DNA of 64,000 bases from Acidilobaceae archaeon (GCA_038897215.1 JAWAWX010000001.1:32001-96000), one strand, 5' to 3'; numbered from the stretch's first letter, positions 50,584-61,072 are shown. Numbers and translations: made by a program. Notes: a model not told the origin generated them from the letters alone.

Positions 50584-50829
50584 GTGAAGCTCGGGCTGGT
50601 GAGTGTGGATAGGTGGCTAGTGTACCTAGCTCTCGGAGCAGTCTTGCTAGTACTCTCTCTAGTCTTCATCCTATGGTCTATAGGCTACATGGAGAGAGGG
50701 TACGTAGCTACATCACTCCTATCCGCTACAGCAGGCTTCACTCTCTTCTCCGGCGCGCTCTACCTACTCAGGCTATCAGCGTACGTCTACGGGGCTTCGC
50801 TCAAGAGAGAGGAGAGTGAGAAGAGCTAG
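50584..50829 (+). CDS. small two-TM membrane protein
   Basis: Two hydrophobic helices; inside the moxR operon. Confidence 0.7.
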   Translation: MKLGLVSVDRWLVYLALGAVLLVLSLVFILWSIGYMERGYVATSLLSATAGFTLFSGALYLLRLSAYVYGASLKREESEKS

Positions 50830-50843
50830 GAGTAGAGTACGCT

Positions 50844-52229
50844 ATGAAAGCAGATAGACGTAAAGCTAGAGTTCCCCCAATCGTGCTCTTCTCGAGCAAG
50901 CTAGCTCTAGCCTTGTTCCTGATAGCTCTAATTGCTCTCCTAGAGAAAGGCCCCCAGGTAGTCCCCCTGGCTATCGGAGCACACCCACTCAACGGAGGCC
51001 CTCTAGGTCTGAGCAGGTTCTACGAGATGCTAAGCGAGAAGCACGACGTGGTTCTCGTCACAGACTGGAGAGAGGCAGTAGAGTCGCTGGAGCGTTGTGA
51101 GAGAGCTCTCGTAGTCATAGTCTCGCCCGAGCTACGCTATGAGGAGAGCGAGGCTAAGCTCGTAGCTGAACTCGCTCGGAGGTGTAGAGAAGTCGCTCTA
51201 CTCGTAGCCGACGAGACAGGCAACTCGAACCCGGTCTTAGAAGCCTTCAACCTCACGTCTAGAATATCGGGCTACGTAATCCAGAGCTTAGTACCGGTCT
51301 ACATCGAGACCCCCTGGGGCTGGAGAGGGGCTCTAGTGCTAGACAAGCCCTCCACAGTCTACTCTAGTGGAGAGGAGGGGTTCTACGCCTACGAGACTTC
51401 AGGTAAAGCCTCCTGCTTCGTTATAGGAGACGGCTCGATATTCCTAAACCAAGTCCTGGAGTCTCAGTACTCAGAAATCTACGCTAGCTTCATCGAGTCG
51501 ACTGTAGAGAACCTCTGCGGAGGCGGCTGCGTGATCCTCCTAGAGGCGTCGAAGTACCAGTTACTCAATCCTCTTGCTGTACTCGAGGCTCTAGCTAGAG
51601 AAGACTCGGAGCTAGCGAGCTTGATAGACCCGGTAGCGTTAGCGTTATCGCTTCTCTCGATAGTACTACACCCAGCCACGTGGCTTCCACCGTTGCTCAA
51701 CGCGCTCAACATGCTTGTAAACAAGCTTCTCGAAGTAGAGCCGGCTAGATTCTTGCTCTTCCTAGGCTCTATTCTACTCCTCGCTGTCATCCTCTCTACT
51801 CAAGAGGAGAAGGCTGGAGACTCGCCGCTCAGAGACATCGCTGAGACCGGTTGGTACGGGTATGGGGAGTTCAGGAGAGTGATAGAGGAGAGAGGCTTGA
51901 GCAAGGAGGACTTCATCCAGGTGTACTCTATCGTAGACTCTGTGCTAACGTCTACCACAGGGGTCTCCCTCACTTCTCCCGAAGCCGTTTCAGTCTTGGA
52001 GGCGCATGGAGTGAGCGGAGAGAAGGCTAGAAGATACTGGGACTTCATGAACAAGTATTACAGGAGAGCTCTGGGGAAGACCCGCCTGCCCCCCATAGTC
52101 TTCTGGAGTAGAGTGGTCAAGAGGGCTCTAGTCGAGAGCGAGGAGGTTCTCGCTCATCTCGGAGCATCTCTCAAGAGGCTCGGAGGGCTAGAGGAGAAAG
52201 GGCTTGATCGAGGAGAGAGTACAAGCTGA
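50844..52229 (+). CDS. DUF4350-like membrane protein
   Basis: N..GLSRF, LLVADE..SN, IGDGSIFLN. Confidence 0.7.
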   Translation: MKADRRKARVPPIVLFSSKLALALFLIALIALLEKGPQVVPLAIGAHPLNGGPLGLSRFYEMLSEKHDVVLVTDWREAVESLERCERALVVIVSPELRYEESEAKLVAELARRCREVALLVADETGNSNPVLEAFNLTSRISGYVIQSLVPVYIETPWGWRGALVLDKPSTVYSSGEEGFYAYETSGKASCFVIGDGSIFLNQVLESQYSEIYASFIESTVENLCGGGCVILLEASKYQLLNPLAVLEALAREDSELASLIDPVALALSLLSIVLHPATWLPPLLNALNMLVNKLLEVEPARFLLFLGSILLLAVILSTQEEKAGDSPLRDIAETGWYGYGEFRRVIEERGLSKEDFIQVYSIVDSVLTSTTGVSLTSPEAVSVLEAHGVSGEKARRYWDFMNKYYRRALGKTRLPPIVFWSRVVKRALVESEEVLAHLGASLKRLGGLEEKGLDRGESTS

Positions 52230-53577
52230 GAGCGTTGTAGTCTCGACGTGGAGGATTCTAGCTGCTCTCATTCTAGCCTCATCGCTCATAGCGCTCGAGG
52301 TCTTCAAAGCCTACCCCACGGGGCGGCTCGGGGTCTCTCTGGTCGCGTTAATCCTAGCTCTCAGAGTCTACAGCGCTATAGCTACAGTGTCTCTAGCTCG
52401 GTGTAGAGTCACAGCTAGAGTCGAGGGGAGTGGAGTCGAGGGCAAGCCTATCAAGCTAGTCTACAGTATCTGTAACGAATCGATCACGCCCATAGCGCTA
52501 GCTGAGCTATCGCTACAGTACCCCGACTATCTGAAGATATCGAGAGGGTCTCCTGGAGCTCTCGCGATACTACCTCCTAGAGGCTGTCTCGACTACGAGG
52601 TCGAGTTCAAATCAAGAGTAGGCCGTCACACTCTAGGACCCCTTAGAGTAGTCTATAGAGACCTCTTCGGGTTCTTCAGAAGCCAGGAGTTGAAGCTAGG
52701 AGAGCAGCTCGAGGTCAGAGTTATCCCACGCGTCGATGAGAAGATTAGGAGAGCGGCTTTCTCAGCCTCAAGAAGCGCAGGGCTTGCTAGAGCGAGGCTA
52801 GCGGGTGAGGGCGTAGAGTTCTACTCTGTGAGAGAATACGAGCCTGGAGACGAGCTGAGGAGAGTGTACTGGAGAGCTCTAGCTAGGGGGAGGCTTGCTG
52901 TCAAAGAGTACGAGAGAGAGACTTTGCTCTACGTGCTCTTCGTCATCGTCGCCGACAATAGCATGATTCATGGACCGTACCTGAGCACTCCTCTAGAGCA
53001 CTCTCTCCGAATACTTGGGAGCGTGGCTAGCTATTTAGCGAGTAGAGGCGACTACCTAGCTCTAGCGATATCGACCCCCAGGAGGAACACAGTAGTGGGC
53101 TTCAAGAGAGGTAGAGCTGGTCTCGCGGCTATACTGAACGCGGTAGCGTCGATCGATATTCAAGATATGAGAGTTCAGGAGGATAGAGGAGTTGTCTCGC
53201 ATAGACTCAGCTCGCTCGAGAGAGATATAGTAGTCGCTCTCCCCAGAGATAGAGTAAACGTTATCGTAGTCAGCACAGCTAGCATGGCTGAGGCCGTAGC
53301 GGAGACTCTAGGAAAGCTGGGCTTAATCGAGGGAGTCTCACTCAACTTCTTCATACTCCTCCCCCACCTCTATGGCGTAGAGGAGCTCTCGGACTTTGAG
53401 AGAGCAGTCTACAGAGTCAGAACTTACCAGGCTACTCGCGATGCTCACCTAGTAGCTAGGAGGCTTAGAGGGAGAGGCTTCAGAGCTGTTGTAGTCACAC
53501 CCTGGGATATGGCCTCGAAGATCCTAGCACGACTCGAGGCGCAGAGAGGTGTCCTTGGTGTCTGGGCTAAGGCTTAG
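52204..53577 (+). CDS. DUF58 (vWA-related) protein
   Basis: GVEFYSVREYEPGDELRRVYWRALAR..VKEYE. Confidence 0.9.
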   Translation: MIEERVQAESVVVSTWRILAALILASSLIALEVFKAYPTGRLGVSLVALILALRVYSAIATVSLARCRVTARVEGSGVEGKPIKLVYSICNESITPIALAELSLQYPDYLKISRGSPGALAILPPRGCLDYEVEFKSRVGRHTLGPLRVVYRDLFGFFRSQELKLGEQLEVRVIPRVDEKIRRAAFSASRSAGLARARLAGEGVEFYSVREYEPGDELRRVYWRALARGRLAVKEYERETLLYVLFVIVADNSMIHGPYLSTPLEHSLRILGSVASYLASRGDYLALAISTPRRNTVVGFKRGRAGLAAILNAVASIDIQDMRVQEDRGVVSHRLSSLERDIVVALPRDRVNVIVVSTASMAEAVAETLGKLGLIEGVSLNFFILLPHLYGVEELSDFERAVYRVRTYQATRDAHLVARRLRGRGFRAVVVTPWDMASKILARLEAQRGVLGVWAKA

Positions 53578-54667
53578 GCTGGCATTCAGGCTGGTAGCGC
53601 TGGCTGTGACAACACCCATGGTCTTAGAGACTCTGCCTAGGCTCCCCGCTCTCGAAGAGCTTCAGCTAGTGGCAAATACTGGTGTGGCAAGAGAGGTTCT
53701 AGAAGCTCTCCGGCTCATTCTCGAACTCCTAGCCCCCCTATCTTCTCTAGCTCTAGCCTTGCTGAGCGCGGTCCTCCTAAACCCTGTCCTCTATGTTTTC
53801 TCGCTAGTGCTCGCCATAGGCTCCGACGTGCAGCCATCTCTAGCGCTCATTGCTCCAGTCTTCGTGCTCAGCGCTCTCAACAATCTGGAGAGCGTTTGGA
53901 GACCTCGTTTCGTAGAGTCTATACGGGTTCGCGGAATCCCCGCTTTCTTGCTGAGTTTCTCCACGCTAATCGCGGCCATGACTGCTCTATCTCTAGCTCT
54001 AGGAGCGTTCTTGTGGAGAGCGGGCTCAGCGCTGGAGAGAGCCTCGGCTCTCGCTTCAGAAGAGACTTTGGCCTACCTGCTTTACACCATAGCTTCAAAC
54101 CCTGTTTTCAAGACGCTCCTACTAGGAGCTCTTCTCTCTCTACTATACGTGGCTTTCTTCAGGATTGCCGAGGTCGTAGTCTACTTCGCTAAGCCTTCTC
54201 CGAGACTGTACGCCTCTATCTTAGCTAGCTTGGAGGAGTCTCGGATCAAGCCTCCTCTAGGCTTCGTGAAGACTCTAGCCGCTTCTCTCTTATTCTTCCC
54301 CTTCATAGCGGTCATCGCGAACGCTCTAGTAACCTCTAGACTAGCCGCTATCAGCTCGAGCCCCCTAGTGCAACTAGCTATCTCTCTAGCTGTAGCCTAT
54401 CTCGTCTTAGCTCTATCCTGGGTTCTCGTAGCTAGAGCACTAAGGCTTAGCGAAGACGGCGAGCCGTCTGTAGCCTCCATCGTAGCGGGAGCTGCTTTTG
54501 CAACAGCACTCTGTCTTGGAGCATATCTAGCGGGCTACTGGGACCCCAGCAGGGGGCTGACTGGCTTCAGGTATCTCGATAGAGTGCTGTTAGAGTCTAT
54601 CGATCGCCTCGCCTTAGTCTTTAAGATTCTGGAGGCTGTATTGAGGATAGTGGGGGCTCTGCCGTGA
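53549..54667 (+). CDS. polytopic membrane protein
   Basis: Many TM helices; coupled to its neighbours. Confidence 0.7.
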   Translation: MSLVSGLRLRLAFRLVALAVTTPMVLETLPRLPALEELQLVANTGVAREVLEALRLILELLAPLSSLALALLSAVLLNPVLYVFSLVLAIGSDVQPSLALIAPVFVLSALNNLESVWRPRFVESIRVRGIPAFLLSFSTLIAAMTALSLALGAFLWRAGSALERASALASEETLAYLLYTIASNPVFKTLLLGALLSLLYVAFFRIAEVVVYFAKPSPRLYASILASLEESRIKPPLGFVKTLAASLLFFPFIAVIANALVTSRLAAISSSPLVQLAISLAVAYLVLALSWVLVARALRLSEDGEPSVASIVAGAAFATALCLGAYLAGYWDPSRGLTGFRYLDRVLLESIDRLALVFKILEAVLRIVGALP

Positions 54668-55776
54668 CTAGAGTGCTGGTAATCGCGCTCGCCACTCTGC
54701 TGATCGCGCTGAGCTCTATAAGCTCGGCGGAGCTCATAGCCACTCAGATACATACTCTAGGGTTCCCCGCTGGCTTCGGAGACCTACTGTCTCTACTCCA
54801 CTACCTCAGCCTACTTCAGAACGCTAGCGCGTGGCCTAGTGTAGAAGAGCTGGCTAGGCTCATCCAGGCAAACTGCACCTCGCTCTCGTGTCTCGCAGAG
54901 GACCCGAGCATCGCTCAGGCTATCGAGCAAGTGCTGAGAGAGTACAATATGACCTACTCGATGCTAGCTAATGCATCGACAAGAGACCTCATAGACATGA
55001 TATCTAGCGAAGAGTGGGCTAGGCTTCTCAGCGAGATAGCGACAGCAGAGTCTCCTAGTACAGAGGTGCTAGAGCAGCTAGCGATAGAAGCTATGCTGGC
55101 GATGGCTAGAGGAGACTTGAGTCTCGCAGATTACCTAATCGTACTGGAGGTTTTGAGGAGACTCTCTGAGAACGCGGGAGCAGAGACTCTAGCCGGTAGC
55201 CTCTCATCAGAGCAGATTAGAGCACTAACCGAGGCTGCAAGACGCCTCCTCCAGCTCCGGGAAGGCGGGGTAGCTGTGGGAGAGCCGAGCACCGGGTTCT
55301 GGAGCAGGCTCCTCCAAGTGGAGTCTCCGCCTCTACTGCCGGAGAGCTTGAAAGCGAGGCTCCCAGCGGTTAGCGCTCCTAGAGAAGCTCTAGCTTACTT
55401 GTTGCTCGCGAGCGCTCTAGTCTTGCTAGCCTACTCGCTACTAGGCATTGCGGCGAGAGGCGCCGGCATCCCCGGTCTCGCTCTCATCCTCAGGAGAGGA
55501 GACTCCAGGGTAGTGGACTACGCTCACGGCTCGAGAATCGTGCAGCTCTACTGGAGGGGAGTGAAGCTAGTAGAGAGGATTGCGGGCAAGCCGATGGAGG
55601 TTACTCACACTCACAGAGAGTACCTGAAGCTAGTCGAGAGCGACTTAGGGGATAAGGCTCAAGCGTTCAGGTCTCTCACTCTAGACTACGAGCTACATAG
55701 ATTCGGAGGCGTCCCTGACGAGCAACTTCTGCCAGATGCTGAGAGAAGCCTCAGAGTCTTGTCTTCGAGAAGCTAG
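54664..55776 (+). CDS. DUF4129-domain membrane protein
   Basis: Signal peptide, TM segment, C-terminal THREY..LTLDYE..RFG. Confidence 0.8.
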   Translation: MTRVLVIALATLLIALSSISSAELIATQIHTLGFPAGFGDLLSLLHYLSLLQNASAWPSVEELARLIQANCTSLSCLAEDPSIAQAIEQVLREYNMTYSMLANASTRDLIDMISSEEWARLLSEIATAESPSTEVLEQLAIEAMLAMARGDLSLADYLIVLEVLRRLSENAGAETLAGSLSSEQIRALTEAARRLLQLREGGVAVGEPSTGFWSRLLQVESPPLLPESLKARLPAVSAPREALAYLLLASALVLLAYSLLGIAARGAGIPGLALILRRGDSRVVDYAHGSRIVQLYWRGVKLVERIAGKPMEVTHTHREYLKLVESDLGDKAQAFRSLTLDYELHRFGGVPDEQLLPDAERSLRVLSSRS

Positions 55777-56903
55777 CCGCCACCGCTCTCGCGCGCGATT
55801 CGCGTTAGCAAGACTAGCACGGATATCGCTAGAGTAGCAACGTATACCAGCAACCCTTCCTCAAGCCCGTATCCAGCCATGTAGAAGAGAGGATAAGCTG
55901 TAGCGGGGAGGCTGTACGTGAGCGTCACAACGCCCGCTGCTGTGTTTTGAAGGCTTCTCGGCAGAGACCTGCTTACAGCCATGGTTTGCGCTATCTCCCT
56001 GAAGGGGTATAGAGGTAGAACCCAGAGAGCTAGGAATAGCAGGCCGCTCACGTGGTAGAGTAGTAGCCCGTAGACTAGGTAGGCTGCGTACGCTACAGTG
56101 AGGAGCCTCACTGGGTTGAGCTTATCGGCCACAACTCCTGCTATGGGGCGAGCTATTGTTGAAGCTATTGTTGTAAGAGTGCCCCCCACTAAACCGAAGA
56201 CTAGGAGACTCTCGGTGACCTCGTAGAGCTTTATCGAGAGGAGATTCCAGTAGAGAGTAAGCCCGGCTCCAGCTAGCAGTAGCCCTGCTAGAAGACTCTT
56301 GGGTAGAGCTGAGAGAGAGTCGAGCGCATCGCGATACCTCGCTCCACTCGAGTTGTTGTCACCGAGCAGAGCTAGTAGTAGCGATGCCAGAAGAGCGGTT
56401 GCCCCCACAGAAGAGAATATGAGCGTGTAGCCTCCGAGAGGCTCTAAGAGCCCCGGGATTACTGAGCCTACGCTCCAAGCTAGAGGGAAGACCATCGTGA
56501 CTGTCGCGTAGACTCTACCAGAGCCCCTAGCTCTGTGGAGTAGAACTCCTAGAGCGTTGGAGTAGAAGATGTTGCTGAAAACACCTCCAACGAATGCTGG
56601 GACGAAGAGAAGCCTCGGGTCGTAGGCTGTAACAATGGGGATCGATAAGTAGACCGGGGCTCTCAGCAACGAGAGGAGAGCTACGGCTCTCCTCCCGTAG
56701 ACGTCTCCCAGAACCCCGCCTAGAGGAGCGGCTAGACTCGCTATCCCCTCGAAGCCCACTAGTAGCGCCACGTACCTGTAGGCTTCTAGCTCTCCTAGAG
56801 AGTCTCTAACGTAGGCTCTCGATGCGAAGAAGTACGCGGCGAAGGAGACAGTGTCGAGCCACAGGACCAGGGCTATGAGAGCGTACTCTCTGAGACTCTT
56901 CAA
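55773..56903 (-). CDS. MFS transporter
   Basis: GGVLGDVYGRR motif A; about 12 TM segments. Confidence 0.9.
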   Translation of the reverse strand: MKSLREYALIALVLWLDTVSFAAYFFASRAYVRDSLGELEAYRYVALLVGFEGIASLAAPLGGVLGDVYGRRAVALLSLLRAPVYLSIPIVTAYDPRLLFVPAFVGGVFSNIFYSNALGVLLHRARGSGRVYATVTMVFPLAWSVGSVIPGLLEPLGGYTLIFSSVGATALLASLLLALLGDNNSSGARYRDALDSLSALPKSLLAGLLLAGAGLTLYWNLLSIKLYEVTESLLVFGLVGGTLTTIASTIARPIAGVVADKLNPVRLLTVAYAAYLVYGLLLYHVSGLLFLALWVLPLYPFREIAQTMAVSRSLPRSLQNTAAGVVTLTYSLPATAYPLFYMAGYGLEEGLLVYVATLAISVLVLLTRIARESGGG

Positions 56904-56927
56904 GGAGCCAGCGCACCTAGCGCGTTT

Positions 56928-58043
56928 CTATCTCGTCACGTGGCTCTCAATCTCTCTAACCAGGTCTCCTCTAGACTCCAATAGCCTTCTAGCAGGCTCT
57001 AGGAGCTTTGCCAACGCTTCGGCTACAGCGTTCTTCAAGTCTAGTGGGTGTATGTCGCCTCTAGCGTAGGCTTCTCTCAGCTCGCTGACGCTACTCACAA
57101 CCAGGGGGCCTCCGTACTTCGCGGGCCTCTCTATCTCGAGCTCCAGCCTGCCTCTCGCGCCGAGCACGTAGCTGGCTATCTCGACCACAGGATTGTAGTC
57201 TAGCTGTCTTGGGGGGCAGTAGGCTTTTCTCAGCTTCTCGGCTATGAGCTCGGGCGGGTCGTGGAGAAAGATAGCGGACTCGGGCTTCGACTTGCTCATC
57301 TTGACGTCTGAGTAGACCTCGTCTATCTCGACTCCAGCAACATCCATGCGGGCTCCGGGGCCCTGGAGGCTGGTGACTATCGGCGTGTGTATAGCGATCG
57401 GCTTCTTCAAGCTCCTGCCTAGAACTCGCTCGCAGAACTCCCTTATCCTCTTCTTCTCAGCAGTATCTCTAGCCAGCATGTGCGCCTTCCTCTGGTCTAT
57501 CCCTCCGAGAGCAACGTCTAAGTCTAGGTAGTATATGTCGGCTACCTGCATAGCCGGGTAGACGAGCTTGGAAGCGTCTAGCTCAGCTTCCTCAGCCCTC
57601 CTACCCATTATCGTCAAGCTACGCTTGATCCTAGCAAGGCTGTTGTTCTTCATGACCTCCAAGACTAGAGCCCAGTAGCCGGGGTCTGAGGCTATCTCTT
57701 CAGCGTCTACGAACCTGATCTTATCAACGGGGACTCCCATAGCCTCCATGACTTCGCGCGTGAGTCTAGCAGACTTCCTTATCAAATCCATGTCTCCTCC
57801 TAGCTTATCGTTTATGAAGGCGTGCCAAGTGGCCTCTAGTATCGTGAAGTCCACGCCGGCCTCCACCAAGTCCCACACCTTGAAGATCCAAACTAGCCAG
57901 CCTACGTGAACGAGACCGCTCGGCTCGTAGCCTATGTACCCTCTGAGCTTCTCCCCGCTCTCCAGCTTCTGCCGTAGCTCCTCTACCGTGACGACCTCGA
58001 CTGTGTTCCTCGTGATTAAGCTCATCTTAGCGTCTAAGTCCAA
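56928..58043 (-). CDS. tyrS: tyrosine--tRNA ligase
   Basis: YIGYEPSGLVHVG, YPAMQVAD, GGIDQRKAH, KMSKS, HPLDLK. Confidence 0.97.
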   Translation of the reverse strand: MDLDAKMSLITRNTVEVVTVEELRQKLESGEKLRGYIGYEPSGLVHVGWLVWIFKVWDLVEAGVDFTILEATWHAFINDKLGGDMDLIRKSARLTREVMEAMGVPVDKIRFVDAEEIASDPGYWALVLEVMKNNSLARIKRSLTIMGRRAEEAELDASKLVYPAMQVADIYYLDLDVALGGIDQRKAHMLARDTAEKKRIREFCERVLGRSLKKPIAIHTPIVTSLQGPGARMDVAGVEIDEVYSDVKMSKSKPESAIFLHDPPELIAEKLRKAYCPPRQLDYNPVVEIASYVLGARGRLELEIERPAKYGGPLVVSSVSELREAYARGDIHPLDLKNAVAEALAKLLEPARRLLESRGDLVREIESHVTR

Positions 58044-58130
58044 GACTCGAGCCCTTAGGCTCTCGGGGAGAAGAGGCTAATAACGTTTATAAGGCGGACT
58101 CTAGCGTGAAGAGCTGAGGGTAAGCGGTAA

Positions 58131-58592
58131 ATGAATAAGCGTAAGAAGAAGGGGAGGTCTGGGTCCACGAGGCCAGCTAGGCCCACTCCGCCGACGTGGC
58201 TGACCTACACTCCAGAGGAGATAGAGCTGGTCGTGGAGGAGCTCGCTAAGAAAGGCTACGGTCCCAGCATGATCGGGCTGATCTTGAGAGACCAGTTCGG
58301 AGTGCCTCTAGTCAAGCCTATCCTAGGCAAGTCTATAACTGAGATCCTCGAGGAGAAGGGGCTTGCTCCCAGCATTCCCGAAGACCTCTTCTACCTGATA
58401 AAGAAAGCAGTCAATCTGAGAAGGCATCTGCAAGAGCACCCCAAGGACACACACGCTAAGAGAGGCTTGATCGACGTAGAGTCCAAGATACACAGGCTGG
58501 TGAAGTACTACAAGAGAACAGGCAAGCTACCGGCAGACTGGACTTACGACCCGCAGAGAGCAGAGCTACTAGTAGCTGGAGCAGGGCTCTAG
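58131..58592 (+). CDS. rps15: 30S ribosomal protein S15 (uS15)
   Basis: [30 protein letters not shown]. Confidence 0.97.
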   Translation: MNKRKKKGRSGSTRPARPTPPTWLTYTPEEIELVVEELAKKGYGPSMIGLILRDQFGVPLVKPILGKSITEILEEKGLAPSIPEDLFYLIKKAVNLRRHLQEHPKDTHAKRGLIDVESKIHRLVKYYKRTGKLPADWTYDPQRAELLVAGAGL

Positions 58593-58724
58593 CCACGTTC
58601 TCGCGTAGCCTCGGCTCTACACTCAGGCCTCTCCCACTCCAGGCTTGCGGGTCCTACCTCGCCTCAGCGGCTCTATGATGAGCCCAGATCGACTCTCTTT
58701 AACTCCACGCGCTCCTCCTCCTAT

Positions 58725-60035
58725 ATGGTGCTCCTCTTGCTCAAGCTGACTCTGTCTCCTACCGCTAGAGACCTCGATAGAGCTCTGGAGGCAGCATACA
58801 AGTCGCTCTACCAGGTTCTAGAAGCGTCGTCAGCTGAGGGCAGGCTCCTCGTCAGAGTCTACCCTAACCTAGACCCTATAGTCGCCGGAGTCATAGTCGC
58901 TACTCGAGCTCTCCGCGCTGGCGTCAGAGTATCCTTCAAGACCTCGCTAGAGCCTCCTCTCGAGATTCGAGAACCCTCCGTTCTAGTCGGCTACAGTAAG
59001 CTAGACTACTCGGCTCAAAACGTGACTAAGCCCATGATAGCTATAGCCTCAGGGTCTATAGACTCGATCCCCGTCCACGGAGCCACCTTCGTGGGAGGCC
59101 AGGGTAGCAATACGGCGGTAGCCGCTCTCATCGCGACGAGTGGAGTGTTCAGCGCTGGGACTGATATCGTGTCTCTAGCTCTACTAGGCGTCTACTCTGG
59201 GAGCTACGTGGACCCCGTTGGTAGATTCGCTGGGCTAGATAGAGTGCTAGTGGACAGGCTGTCAGCTAGCGCACCGAGCCTCGATGTGATCACCACGATC
59301 AAGGTGTATAAGCCCCACCTCTTCGACGTGTGTGAAGCGATATCGAGAACAGCGCACCCCCTCTACCTAGGGCTAGCCGGGAACCCTTGGAGATGCCAGG
59401 AGATCCTGGGGGTCGAGAAGTATAGGAGTGTCGCCGGGAAGCCTCTCTCCTCTATAACAGACCTGAAGGAGGTAGAGAGGCTAGCCAGGCTGGTCCTAGA
59501 CTATATGCATAGTAGCTTCAAGTCGAGGATCTCGGCTAAAGACATAGTAGCAGGCATCATGGTGTCCAAGAGTAGAGAGTCTATAGTCCAGGACTACAGG
59601 GAGGCGTCCGACGCAGTAGTCTACGTGTCGGACGCGGAGAAGAGCCTAGCTAGAGCAGTCGCCACTCTACTAGACTACTCGATAGAGTTGCCTCTAGCCG
59701 AGTCTCGTCTAGAGCTTCACGCGAAGAGCCTCTCCGACGCCGTCATAGGAGGGTCTATAGCGAGACTGGGAGGACCCCAAGGCCCTAAAGTCTACTTGGT
59801 CAGCGCTAAGCCAGAAGTCTCGCTGACACTACTCTGGAGAGCCTTGAAGACTCACGGCTTGATAGAGCCTGACTCCATTCTAGTCGTGGAGGAGAACGGA
59901 GAGCTTTCAGCCTCCCCTATTCAAATAGAAGAAGCTCTAGGCTACGGGGCTCTCAGAGAGCTCGCTAGAGCCGGTCTAGTATCATTCGATGGTGATAGAG
60001 CCTGGGTGGAGAGGAAAGCGCTAGGTGCGAGGTAG
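58725..60035 (+). CDS. degenerate DHH/RecJ-like protein (GAN/Cdc45 positional orthologue)
   Basis: Sits in the rps15-[DHH]-pcc1-rps3ae cluster; eroded motif I (YPNLDPIVAG); GRFAGLDR. Confidence 0.6.
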   Translation: MVLLLLKLTLSPTARDLDRALEAAYKSLYQVLEASSAEGRLLVRVYPNLDPIVAGVIVATRALRAGVRVSFKTSLEPPLEIREPSVLVGYSKLDYSAQNVTKPMIAIASGSIDSIPVHGATFVGGQGSNTAVAALIATSGVFSAGTDIVSLALLGVYSGSYVDPVGRFAGLDRVLVDRLSASAPSLDVITTIKVYKPHLFDVCEAISRTAHPLYLGLAGNPWRCQEILGVEKYRSVAGKPLSSITDLKEVERLARLVLDYMHSSFKSRISAKDIVAGIMVSKSRESIVQDYREASDAVVYVSDAEKSLARAVATLLDYSIELPLAESRLELHAKSLSDAVIGGSIARLGGPQGPKVYLVSAKPEVSLTLLWRALKTHGLIEPDSILVVEENGELSASPIQIEEALGYGALRELARAGLVSFDGDRAWVERKALGAR

Positions 60036-60286
60036 AGCTAGAGGTAGAGAGCGTCTACGCTGGGGCTCTCGAGAAAGCCCTGGCTCCAGACAACGCTACA
60101 GCGCCTCCCTGGCTTAGCGTGAAATGCGAGGCAACAGAGTCCAGGCTAGTCTGCAGAGTGTCTGTAGACTGCGAGGAGCCCCGTAGAGTACTCAGTCTAC
60201 GCAACACCATAGACGACCTCATAGTCTCCCTGAAGAGCGCTCTCGACTCTCTCAGAGAGCTAGCGGATTTGAGTGATAAAGCTTAA
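60002..60286 (+). CDS. pcc1: KEOPS complex subunit Pcc1 (absent from the ORF track; probable CTG start)
   Basis: ALAPDN..PPWLSVKC..SLRNTIDDLI; conserved position before rps3ae. Confidence 0.85.
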   Translation: MGGEESARCEVELEVESVYAGALEKALAPDNATAPPWLSVKCEATESRLVCRVSVDCEEPRRVLSLRNTIDDLIVSLKSALDSLRELADLSDKA

Positions 60287-60324
60287 TTAAGCCCTGGGTG
60301 TGCAAGGCTGGGGGGTAGAGGGGG

Positions 60325-60978
60325 TTGTCTAAGAGGGTCGCGGTCAGGGATAAGTGGAAGCTCAAGAAGTGGTACACGGTAGTAGCGCCTCAGGTCTTCG
60401 GAGAAGCCCCTCTCGGCACGACTCCAGCCGATGACCCCGACAAGCTTATAGGGAGGACTATGGAGGTCACTCTCTTCGACCTAACAGGAGACATAGCGTA
60501 CGTTCACGTCAAGCTGAAGTTTCAGATAGTGAGAGTAGACGGGACAACAGCCTACACCTGGTTCAAGGGGCATGAGCTCCTCAGAGACTATGTTAGAAGC
60601 CTAACTAAGAGGAAGACCAGCAAAATCACGGGGATCTTCGACGTGTGGACTAAGGATGGCTATGGTCTCAGATTAACTTGTTGTGCATGGACCCGGTTTA
60701 GGTGTAACACCAGCCAGAAGAGGGAGATCAGGAGGAGGATGAGAGAGGTAGCTATAAACTATGCTAAAGAGCATACTCTAGACGAGCTGGTGAACGCCAT
60801 GGTGTTCAGCGACAAGGAGGGTAGTCTCGCTAAGCTCGTGGAGGAGCAAGCTAGGAAGATATACCCTCTGAGAAAGGTCGAGGTGGTCAAGTCTAAGCTA
60901 CTCTGGGCTCCTGGACCCGAGGGCCCGAGGAGAGCCGTCGTAATCTCCCCCGTTCAGATGAAGAAGGAGCTCAAGTAG
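60325..60978 (+). CDS. rps3ae: 30S ribosomal protein S3Ae (eS1)
   Basis: DKWKLKKWY, GRTMEVTLFDLTGD, KIYPLRKVEVVKSK. Confidence 0.97.
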   Translation: MSKRVAVRDKWKLKKWYTVVAPQVFGEAPLGTTPADDPDKLIGRTMEVTLFDLTGDIAYVHVKLKFQIVRVDGTTAYTWFKGHELLRDYVRSLTKRKTSKITGIFDVWTKDGYGLRLTCCAWTRFRCNTSQKREIRRRMREVAINYAKEHTLDELVNAMVFSDKEGSLAKLVEEQARKIYPLRKVEVVKSKLLWAPGPEGPRRAVVISPVQMKKELK

Positions 60979-61072
60979 AGCTCCTCCCCCCACCACACTC
61001 TAGCTCTAACTCCTAGAGCGAGCTACTTTTAGCTCGCATACCACACGCTCCAGCACTGGTGGAGAGAGAGTA

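Noticed and set aside
58675-58681. ATGATGA in a small hairpin after rps15
   Set aside because: No D box at a suitable distance.
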